A DNA stretch of 64,000 nucleotides. Source: Hemiscyllium ocellatum (taxonomy: Eukaryota). Below the pieces are notes generated by a model that was not told the origin of the DNA, made no database searches, and saw only the letters and a program-made list of their open reading frames with translations. A program made the position numbers and the translations under genes. Positions 1 through 10,805 of this stretch are shown piece after piece. Positions within the stretch are counted from its first letter, which is position 1. Each line of letters opens with the position of its first letter. Location of the stretch: positions 20,470,098-20,534,097 of the forward strand of contig NC_083409.1 of the NCBI RefSeq assembly GCF_020745735.1, in the 5' to 3' direction.

Positions 1-95
1 TTCGATCCACGTGCCTTTCTTGCTTTGCTTCTTTTGACTTGAGTCTGTGGGTAGCTCAAACAAAACCCAATTTCCTCACTCTCAACCAGGCCCCT

Positions 96-600
96 GAAGA
101 GATTAGAGACAAAACAAACTGCAAATGCTGGAATCCAAGGTAGACAAGCAGGAGGCTGGGAGAACACAGCAAGCCAGGCAGCATCAGGAGGTGGAGAAGT
201 CAACGTTTTGGCTGTAACCCTTCTTCAGGACTGGGGGTGGGTTGCGGGGTGGTGGGGGAATGATGGGGGAGCTGCAGATAAAGGGAGTGGTGGGGGCAGG
301 GTGGTGAGATGGGGATAGGTGAAGATAGGTAGAGGGTGCTACCTGATTGGTTGATGGGAGGGATGAATACAAATTAATCTCTCCCATCGACTAATCAGGT
401 CATACTCTCTACCATTCTCAACCTGATGGGGATAGGTGAGGATAGGTAGAGGTGAGATGGGGATAGGTGAAGATAGGTAGAGGGTACTACCTGATTGGTT
501 GATGGGAGGGATGAATACAATTAATCTCTCCCATCGACTAATCAGGTCATACTCTCTATCATTCTCAACCTATCCCTACCTCAACACCCTGCTCCGCCCC
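96..600 (-). mobile_element. Penelope-like pLTR fragment with internal ~148 bp tandem duplication containing a hairpin
   Basis: pLTR with hammerhead motif at 199-231; unit starting tgagatggggataggtgaag at 305 and 453, each with an imperfect inverted repeat (ctacctgattggttgatgggag / ctcccatcgactaatcaggt). Confidence 0.7.
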
Positions 601-1394
601 ATTCCCTTTATCCCCTTTTCCAATCTTTCCTTATCACAGCCCAATCATTCCAGGGATCAATCGGGTAAAATTCTTGTGAACCACCTCCGATGCATTTATA
701 TTCTTCCTTCAATAGGGAGACCAAAACTACCCTCAATATTTGAGATGTAGTCACACCAATGTCCAGGAATAACTGAAACATCACAGTCTCACTTTCTGGT
801 CCTTAAGCATGCCTACTCTTACTTGTACCAGGCTTTTTACTGTCCATGTCTAATTGCCCTGGACCTGGTGGTGATTAGCTGCCTTCTTGAACCCCTGCAG
901 TCCGCGTGCTGTTGGAAGACCCACAATGTCCTTAGGAAGGGAATTCCAGGATTCTGACCCAGTGATGATATAGGAACAGCTTCATATTTCCAAGTCAAAC
1001 TGGTGAATGACTTGGAGAGGAACTTGCTGGGGTGATGGTCCCGTGTATCTGCTGCCCTTGTCCAAATATAAGTGGTCATGGGTTTGGAAGCTGTTGTCTC
1101 AGGATCTTTGGTGAATTTCTGCAGTGCATTGTGTAAATAGTACACAGAGCCGTTACTGAGCGTCGGTGTGGGGGGAATGCATGTGTGTGAATGCGGTTCC
1201 AATCAAGCTGGTAAACTTGTTTTCAACAATATTTAAATAAAATAATATAAAACAACATAAAATTAAATATAAATAAAACATTGCTGCGTTTGAGATACAA
1301 CATCACGGAACCCAAAAAGTTAATCCCCCTCTTCCCACAGAGGCTGCATCTGTTCCCTTTCTCCAGCATTGCGCTTCTATTTGAGATCTGCAGT

Positions 1395-1620
1395 ATTTTG
1401 TTTATGTATCTGTTTTAATGCCATTGGTTATAGGAGAAGCATTCATCAGCACACTGGGGAGATTTTCCCTGAGATGGTCACAAAGCCCTTATATTCACAT
1501 TGACCTGAGAGGGCAGTGGTTTAACCGATCACCCAGCAGATGGCATCTTTGCCTTTGCCAGCCTCAGGATAGTGCTCCAGTGTCTGGAGTGGGGCTTGAA
1601 ACCTGCAGGTTCAGGTGACA
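1395..1620 (-). mobile_element. Decayed Deu-domain SINE (SacSINE1/AmnSINE1-like) with CTCF-like motif
   Basis: The minus strand reads ggtttcaagccccactccag (tRNA B-box-like) … gttaaaccactgccctctcaggt … ctccccagtgtgctga … accaatggcattaaaacagat, resembling the Deu core as I recall it. CCAGCAGATGGCA at 1533-1545. Confidence 0.65.
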
Positions 1621-4529
1621 GTGTTAACACTGAACCCATCTATTCTTTTCTGGGATGTGGGAGTCACTAGCAAGACCAGCATTTGTTCCCCATCCCGACC
1701 TGCCCCGAAACTGAGTGGCTTGCTCGGCCTTTCAAATGGCAGGTAAGGGTCAGCCACATTGCTGGAGTCCTGGCAGAGTCAGACATCTACAACAGGTTTA
1801 CAAGAACAAGGCCCTTTGGCCCATTGAGTCAAAGCCAGTCAAACAACCACCTCACTATTCTAATTTCATGTTCCAGCACTTGGCCTGTAGCCCTGCACAC
1901 CTTGGCATCACAGCTGCACATCGAAATACTTCAATGTTATAGGAGAGTTTCTGCCTCAACCACCCTTACAGGGAGTGAGTCCCCAGACTGCCACCACCCC
2001 CCTGGTGAAAATGTGTTTCCTTATGTTCCCTCTTAACCTTTGGCCAATTATCTTTAATCTATGCCGCTCCGATCATTGATTATAATATAACCCCATGTCA
2101 CCAAGTGTCCCTTTATTGACACATGAACAGTCCTTGACTGTAATGCCTTAGAGAGAGTCAGGCACCGGAGGCTCGGGGTCTCTGACACTTAGCCTGTTTA
2201 TGTCAGTGAGGATTCTCCCTGTTATATCCTGGTAACGATTTGAGCTTTTCTTGTGAAACCCAGTTGGGAATTTTCATGGTTTTCCCACACACTCCCATCT
2301 CTCTTGATGCTCACCCTTGTCTGGTTAATTATTCCTATTTCCTCCTCCTCTATCAATTCATTCCATTTCAGTAAAGTCTGAGATATTTTCAGGGAGGATG
2401 TGCACTAGAAACCGCCATAGAGAAGCTCCCAGCCCTTCAATAGAAGGAAGGCCAATGTTTCCAGCAAGCCTGGACTCTACCCTTGTGTACCTTGCCTGAA
2501 GGATTCCATGTGATCTGTCAGCCTCCATCCCAGCCTGATAACCATCTCAGACATTGGAAGGAAAGGCCCAGGGAGCAGGTTAACATGGTGCAAAAAGCCT
2601 TTCAGCTGAAGCTTCAGTGTCTGCGCTCAGTGTGTATTATCACTTGTTCATTGCTCCGCTTTTACATGGTCTTGGAGAGAGAACTCTTGTTGATGCAGTT
2701 TTTTTTAGTGTGTCAGGATATTCAGAGCTGTGAGCATAGAGCAGTCACGTTCACGGACAAGATGGTAAGGTCCTACAGACAGGAAACAAATGACAAGACA
2801 AATCTGTTTTGGTGGCACGAGTTGAATTTTGAGCAGGGCCCCCCGAGGGAATCTCTTCAGAATGGGATCTTGTCGAGCCCCCTGAGGTGGGGGTGGGGAT
2901 GGTTGACGTATGATGGTGGTGGAGCCTCAAATGATGGTGCCAGAGACTGTGCAACTTTCAGCAGTGCACCCCGGTCTCAACCTGGATTCTGTTCTCTCAT
3001 TTCTGAGGTGGCTTTCAATCCGATGACCATTTTGACGATGGGGCAGGAGCATTGTCCATGGAGCCACGGTCAGTAACAATGTAAACTGTGTGTCTCTGAA
3101 GGCCTGAGTTTGCATCTCAGCTCGGGAGGATATCAGCTCATTCATCAAATCTGTTTCTGCCCCTCTGCAGGCTGACCAGGCTGCCGGTGCCTTTCCAACA
3201 CTCCCAGGTTTTCCCATGTGTCACAGCTCATTCTCCTGAGAGATAGTTTACTCGGAGTCAAAAAGTGTGTTGCTGGAAAAGCACAGCAGGTCAGGCAGTT
3301 GTGCTCAGGCTGAGGACATGATCTTGTCCCTCTGTCAGATCCTCTTCGAGAAACTCATGGCTCACCACCGCCCTCTCCAGGACAGTTAGGAAAAGGCAAC
3401 ACCCACCCCATCCCAGGAGAAATCAAAATAAATTACCAATAATTCAAATTATTAAATTGGTGAGGCTTGAATTCATCTCTTTGAAAGACTGGAGCCTCGG
3501 TCAGAAACAGAACCATGACACGGGTGACCCTGGTTTGTCAGACTGCAAGGTGGTGTGTCCTTCGGATTGACACTGGGCTCAGCAAAAAATGAATTACACT
3601 CAAAAGATCTAACAACTGGCTATCAAAGCGTGCCCCCAAACTGCACAGAACAGCACTTGAGGCTTCGCGCTCCCGTCTCCATCCTTGCTTGTTGACCTTC
3701 CCTGGGAAATATCTGGGAAGCACCTGACAGGTCATTCCCACTGGAATCCCCTGGAATAAGCCTGTGGGTTTATTCTCGGATAATGGAAGGAGTCATTACT
3801 CATTGTCCTCAGTTGAAGTGCACATTCGCTATAGTTACTAGAAGGCAGCTGTTTCACTGTGCCTGAACAATATAAAGTCAGAAGGCACACAACACCAGGT
3901 TCTAGCCCAACAGGTTCATTTGAAATCACAAGCTTCTGAAGTGCTGCTCCTTCATTAGGTGTTCTCCAGTCCACCATCGGTACCCCCACATTACTGAACA
4001 CTACAAATAAACTGGGACTCTGCGAGGATCTAATTGGCTCCATCTGCAGAAACAAGGCGAGAGAGAGAACAGCTTTCGGACCAGGATACTTATCGCACCA
4101 CAATGAAAATGCTCTGCATGCTATGATATATCAAAAAGAAGTACATTGGTGTGACTTTTGATTGTCTTCAAAACAAGTGCTGTTTTTTTTTCATTCTGTG
4201 ATACACGGAGACAATGTTAGTATTGGGTATCACAAAGTATGTTTCCACCATTAAACACTTCCTAACACACCCTCTCCATCCTGCTTTACTCCTTATTGAC
4301 TCTTCTACAATTGTCCCTGTTCCCTCACTCCATCCCGGTCCCACAGGGATCGATGGCCGGAGTTCATGACCCCGCACTTTATGAAGGTTGGTGTGAAGTG
4401 AGGCCAGTGTGTTGGATATTGGGCTCCTGCCTCAGGCCCAGGTGTAGGGGCCTGTTCAAAAATCTACACATTGTCCTTTGTCTCTTTCTGAGTGAACTGG
4501 ATCAAGTTGCAGTAATGAGCTGGCAACAA

Positions 4530-5650
4530 GGTGTCTTGTCTAAAATGTTCCCAGCATTGGGCACAAAACTGGCTGTGTCAGAGGAGACAGAGGGCAGTGA
4601 TGGGAGGATGGTTTTCAGAATGGAGGGCTGTGACTTGTGGGGTTCCACAGGGAATTCTGCTGTATATGGTCTACAGAAATGATTTGGAGGAAAGAGTAGC
4701 TGGTCTAATTAGTAAGTTTACAATTGATACAAAGATTGGTAGAATTGCAGATAATGAGAAGGATTATCTAGGATATGGCAGGATAGAGATCAGTTGGATG
4801 CTTGGACAGAAAAATGGCAGAGGTAGTTTAATCCAGACAAATGTGAGGTGATGCATTTTGAAAGGTGATGTACAGGTGGGAATTATAGAGTGAATGGCAG
4901 AATCCTTTGGGGTATTGATATGCAGAGGGATCTGGGTGAGCATATTCACAAATAACTGAAGGTGCCAGCACAGGGAGGTAAGGCAGTAAAAAAGGCTGAT
5001 GGCCTGCTTGCCTTCATTGGAAGAGGCATTGAGTATAAGGATAGACAAGTCATGCTGCAGCTTTATAGAACTTTAGTTCGGCCACACTTGGAATATGGCA
5101 TACTGTTCTGGTTGCATAGAACTGCATACAGTCCAAAAGGAAGGATGTGAATGTTTTGAAGACGGTGCAGAAAATGTTTACCAGGATATTGTCTGGTATG
5201 GGGGGATTGTAGTTCTGAAGAAAGGTTGGAGAGACTGAGTTTGTTTTCACTGGAATGCAGGAAAATGAGGTGCGTCCTGATAGAAGTTTACAGAGTTGTG
5301 AATGGGATAGGCAGAGTGGAAAATATGAGGCTTTTTCCCAGGGTGGAGGGGTCAAATACTAGGGGACACAGGTTCAAGGTGCAGGGGTTTGGGTGAATTA
5401 ATTGTACAGAGATGTACAAACCAAGTATTTCACACAAAGGAAGTTGAGTACCTGGAACACACAGCCAGAGGAGGGGGTGGAAGCAGACACAATAGAAGTA
5501 TTCAAGAAATACCTGCAGTAATGCATAAATAGGAAGGGAATAGAGGGATATGAATTCTGTCGATGAAGACAGTTTCAGTATAGAAGGGCAAAATGTATCA
5601 GCACAGGCTTGGAGGGCTGAAGGGCCTGTTCCTGTGCTGTATTGTTCCTT
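4530..5650 (+). mobile_element. CR1 LINE ORF2 3' fragment (mirror copy ~8990-10130, minus)
   Basis: KKADGLLAFIGRGIEYKDRQVMLQLYRTLVRPHLEY; SGVPQG-like and SKFxDDTK-like remnants. Confidence 0.85.
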
Positions 5651-6039
5651 GTCCTTTGGTCCCTGTTGTTGAATTGGATTCTCGGGAGCCAGCTCCGTAT
5701 GAAGAGCCTGTTCTCATTCTTTTGTTGGAGTTCATGGGGCAGCTGCTGCTTCCTTGCTACATCACTGATCAAACCAACAATGGGGAAAGCCTCTTGATAT
5801 TTTAAATACACTTTCTGCAGGAAAATGTTTGGCTGAGGTTTTAATATTGTTTAATAAGATAATGACATCAATACACCAGTGTTGTTTATGGCTGGGAACA
5901 TTTAACATCATAGTCCTTGTTTCAAATGGACTCTCACTCGTGATAATACAGTTTTCAATGTTTCTCTCCCTTTACGTGTTATGAAGAGATTTATCAACAT
6001 GTTTTGGTGAGGACTGTGCATCTTCATTGGAGGATTGGA

Positions 6040-7020
6040 AGATGATATCTTCAGGACACACGCACTAAACAATCCCACCACCCTGTGGCCGACCATTTCA
6101 ACTCCCCCTCCCACCTGCTAAGGATATGCAAGTCCCTAGGCCTCCTCCACCGCCAAATTGAAGCCATCTAACTACTAGAGGAAGAACACCACATCTTCCA
6201 CCTTGAGACCCTCCAATGACACGGAATCAATGTTATAGAGTCATAGAGATGTACAGCATGGAAACAAACCCTTTAGTCCAACCCGTCCATGCCGACCAGA
6301 TATCCCAACCCAATCTAGTCCCACCTGCCAGTACCTGGCCCATATCCCTCCAAACCCTTCTTAGTCATATACCCATCCAAATACCTCTTAAATGTTGCAA
6401 TTGTACCAGCCTCCACCACATCCTCTGGCAGCTCATTCCATACACGTACCACCCTCTGCATGAAAAAGTAGCCCCTTAGGTCTCTTTTATATCTTTCCCC
6501 TCTCACCCGAAACCTATGCCCTCTAGTTGTGGACTCCCTGACCCCAGGGAAAAGACGTTGTCTATTTATTCTATCTATGCCCCTGCTAATTTTGTAAACC
6601 TCTAAAGGTCACCCCTCAGCCTCACTAATGCCCTATACAGCCGCAACATGACCTCCCAACTCCTGTTCTCAATACTCTGAATGTTGATGTTACTTGTTTC
6701 CTCATCTCCACTCCCCCAGCTTATCCCAGATCCAACCCTCCAACTCGGCACCACCCTTTTGAACTGTCCTACCTGTCCATCTTCCTTCCCACCTATCCAC
6801 TCTACCCTTCACTCTGACTTATCACTGCCACCCCTCACCTCCACGTACCTATTGCAATCTTCACGACCTTGCCCCCAGCCCCAATTCCCTCCCATTTATC
6901 TCTCCAACTCCTCAATCCCTCCTCCCCATTCCTGATGAAGAGCTTATGCTCAAAACGTCGACTCTCCTGCCCAGGGATACTGCCTGACTGGCCATGCTTT
7001 TCCAGCACTACACAATTTCA
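6040..7020 (+). mobile_element. Penelope-like 3' fragment interrupted by a CR1 3' fragment (6235-6679, minus)
   Basis: GIY-YIG C-terminal remnant (…EEEHHIFHLETLQ…GINV) and pLTR/hammerhead at 6929-7010; the CR1 insert is flanked by AATGTT at 6229-6234 and 6680-6685 (probable TSD). Confidence 0.75.
6929..6962 (+). ncRNA. Degenerate PLE hammerhead motif
   Basis: CTGATGA-a-gagc(ttat)gctc-AAAA-CGTC; the GAAA box is mutated. Confidence 0.6.
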
Positions 7021-10000
7021 CTCTGTGCTGTGGTAACAGTGTGTTAAAGCCCAGTGCAGGTCATCTGTCATCTCAATCAAGTTACAAGGCCTAAGGTTGG
7101 TCAGTAATGTCTGGCCCCAGAACAATAACACTGACTGACTGGAGACAACCAAGATCAAATCCCAGTGAGAGTGTTATTGACCTTCACACTCAAAGCCCAC
7201 CAAGGAGGTGGTTGTTGTTAGTCTCAATATTGCCACAGATAAAGTTCTCCCAGAGATTCATAAGTCATTCTAGATTTTAAACAAGGGAGGGATGTTGTGG
7301 GGAGACAGATGGGAAGGCAGGGAGAGGAAACAAAAAGGAGAGAGAATTACATTTCTGTTACACCGTTCATGAGCTCAGGATGTTCAAAGATGTTTTACAG
7401 CTAATGTATACTTCCAAAGTCTAGTCATTGTTGTAATGTGGGAACTGTGATAGCCCATTTCCTCTCAGCAGGCTCCCACGATAACAGCGAACGATTGACA
7501 AGGATCTCAAGGATCGGACACGGAGTGGAGAATGGGATGGAATGGCAAGTGAAACCCAAGCAGCCAATGAGGCCTGAGTATTAGGCTGGGTGGAAGGGAG
7601 ATGTCAAAGGAAATGGGCTTCTTAAAATTCCTTCATGGGATGTGGGGTTCACTGAATGGGCCAGCATTTATTACCTATCCCTAGGTGCCCTGGTGAAGTT
7701 GGTGCTGAGTTGCTTTCTTGAACCGTTGCATCCATATGCTGTAAATAGACTCATGAAGCCTTTCGAGGGAAAGTTACAGGATTTTGACCCAATGGCAGTA
7801 AAGGAACAGTTCAAAGTCACGACGGTGAGTGACTTGCATGGAACCTCCAGGGATTGGTGTTCCCATATATCTGCTGTCCTTGTCGTTCCAGACTGCAGCA
7901 GTCATGGGTTTGGAAGGAACTATTTGAAGGACGTTTGATGAGCTGGTGTTAGTGGTACAGTTGGCTGGAAATGATTACTTCGTTACAGCCATGGTCATTC
8001 CCTTTCCTGTTATATCGGTGAAACCTGTCAATAAATAACTCCTGGTCAGTAATATCAACAACAACAGCTTGTATTAATATAGCATCTTTAATATAGTAAC
8101 CGTTCAAAAGGTGGGGAGATACGGTGTTTGTGTTGATGACCAAAAGGAGACCAAGAGTTTGTTCTAAGAAGTGAGAGGGGTTTGTGGAGGAAATCCCCGT
8201 GCTGAGGGCCTGGGAGACTGAAGGCACAGCTGCGAGCCATGAGGGGGAAGGCCAGAGTGGAGAGTTTGGGAGATGGGGTGAGGGATTGAGGATAACCGAG
8301 TGGTCCATTATATCATCTCCCCCACCTGCTGCAGCAGGAGACTGCGGAGAGGAATTGGGAGGCTGGGCAAGGCACCACCCAGAGGCTGGAGGCTGATACT
8401 GCAAGCAGGGTCCAAACCAGTTCTGCTGTGAGAAATTGGAGCAGGAGGATGCTTCCAATGCCAGTCCATCCTTTCTTAAATACAGGGACCAAAACTGCAC
8501 ACAGCCCTGCACGTGCAGGCTCATTCACACCCATTAGAACTGGTACAAGATTTCTCTATTTTTAAATTCCAACCCGCAGCAATAAAGGTTAAAATTCCAT
8601 TCACCCCCCCCCCCCCCATCCAGTGCCCGAGAGATTTGTTGGGGGGGCGGTGGAGTTGGGGGAGTTGTGTGGGTTGGGTGGGGGGGGTAATGACAGCAGT
8701 CTCTGACAGATGTAATGCTTAAAATGCTATCACTACAAGAGTGAAAAGGTAGGGTGGGGACACTGGCAGTGACCCCCTCCATAGGGAGAGGGGAAAGATC
8801 ACTGACACATTTAAAACTGTATTAACACAAGTGAGAATTCAAACAACCACCCACTCCATCATGAGTCTTCCCGCATTGTTGGTTTGATCAGTGACGTAGC
8901 AAGGAAGCAGCAGCTGCCCCATGAACTCCAACAAAAGAATGAGAACAGGCTCTTCATACGGAGCTGGCTCCAGAGAATCCAATTCAACAGCAGGGACCAA
9001 AGGACAAGGAACATTACAGCACAGAAACAGGCCCATCGGCCCTTCAAGCCTGTGCTGACACATTTTGTGCTTCCTCACTGAAACTGTATTCACCTACAGG
9101 ATTCATATCCCTCTGTTCTCTTCCTATCCATGTGTTCATCCAGGTATTTCTTGAAAGCTGCTATTGTGTCTGCTTCCACCACCTCCTGGCTGTGTGTTCC
9201 AGCCCCTCACGACTGTTTGTGTGAAATATTTACCTCACACATCTGTTTTAAATCCCCACCCCCACACCTTGAACCTGTGTCCACTGTAACTGACCCCTCT
9301 CCCCTGGGAAAAACCCTCATATTTCCCACTCTCTCCATGCCATTCACAATTTCATAAACTTCTATTAGGTTGCCCTTTAACCTTCTACATTCCAACGAAA
9401 AAAATTCCAGTCTATCCAACCTTCCTTCATCACTAAAACCCTCCATATCAGATAGCATTCATGGTAAATCTTTTCTGTACCCTCTCCAAAACATCCACAT
9501 CCTTCTGGTCATGTGGTGACTAGAACTCTATGCAAATATTCCAAGTGTGGCCAAACTAAAGTTCAGTAAAGCTGCGGTATAACTTGTCTATCCCAATCCT
9601 CACTGCTCCTCCCAATGTAGCCAAGAGTGCCATTGGCCTTTTTTTACTACCTTAGGTGCTGCCACCATCAGTGATCTGTGAACATGTACATCCAGATCCC
9701 TCTGCATTTCAATACTCCAATGGATTCTGCCATTCACTGTGCAGGTATTCTGCCACCTGTATTTCATCTTTCAAAATGCATCATTTCACATTTATCTGGA
9801 TTAAATGTCATATGCCATTTTCTATCCATGCATCCAATTGATCTATGTCCTGCTGTATCCTCTAATAATCTGATCATTAACTGCAACTCCAGCAATCTTT
9901 GTGGCATCCACAAACTCATCAATTAGACTAGCCATGTTTTCATTCAAATCACTAATGGAGACCATGAACAGCAAAGGTCCCATCATTGATCCCTGTAAAA

Positions 10001-10501
10001 CCCCACAAGACACAGTCCTCCATTCTGAAATCCATCCTTCCATCACTAACCTCTATCGCCTCTGACACAGCCAGTTCTGTACCCAGTGCTGGGAACATAT
10101 TAGACAAGACACCTTGTTGCCAGATCGTTACTGCAACTTGATCCAGTTCACTCAGAAAGAGAAAAAGGACAAGGTGCAGATTGTTGAACAGGCCCCTACA
10201 CCTGGGCGTGAGGCAGGGGCCCAAGTTCCAACACACTACACATGAAACTTAAGGCAGAGTGGGGTCATGACGTCTGTCCATATGTTCCTTTGGGACTGGA
10301 AAGGAGTGAGGAAATAGAGGCGATTGTAGAAGAGTCAATAAGGATTAAAGCAAGATGGAGAGAGAGTTTTGGAAAGGGGCTAAAGGAGGAAATAAACTTT
10401 TTGCCACCCAACGCTGACATAGTCTCCGTGTATCACATCATGAATAAAATAGCACACTGTGAGGACCATCAAAAGTTACCCAAAAGTTCATTTTTTTTAG
10501 A

Positions 10502-10805
10502 TTAGACTACTTACAGTGTGGAAACAGGCCCTTCGGCCCAACAAGTCCACACCGACCCGCCACCCATACGTTTTACCCCTTACTTAACACTACGGGCAAA
10601 TTAGCATGGCCAATTCACCTGACCCGCACATCTTTGGACTGTGGGAGGAAACCGGAGCACCCGGAGGAAACCCATGCAGACACGGGGAGAACGTGCAGAC
10701 TCCACACAGTCAGTCGCCTGAGTCGGGAAGTGAACCCGGGTCTCAGGCGCTGTGAGATAGCAGTGCTAAGCACTGTGCCACCGTGCCGCCCACCATGCCG
10801 CCACC
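10502..10805 (-). mobile_element. Full-length HE1-like tRNA-derived SINE (specific to the right arm)
   Basis: Head ggcacggtggcacagtgcttagcactgc…gggttcacttcc and CR1-like tail ending (ctaat)n; absent from the mirror position ~4140. Confidence 0.9.

Larger units (their letters stand above)
1..5790. repeat. Left arm of a large diverged inverted duplication (mirror of ~8865-18200)
   Basis: Reverse-complement matches in collinear mirror order: 1-80/18120-18200, 640-1200/16520-17060, 1440-2040/15620-16270, 2520-3400/12806-13684, 3722-4160/10800-11110, 4170-5790/8865-10490. Paired ORFs in the track are homologous (e.g. 837..1202- with 16516..16881+; 5575..5811- with 8884..9081+). Confidence 0.95.

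Noticed and set aside
1456-1470. GGGGAGATTTTCCC as an NF-kB site (mirror at ~16240)
   Set aside because: Spacing does not fit GGGRNWYYCC, and it derives from the SINE core.
2483-3076. 197-aa ORF in non-obvious sequence
   Set aside because: No recognisable domain or splice context; the paralogous mirror segment (13060-13684 plus 15205 onward) is broken by a PLE insertion and frameshifts.
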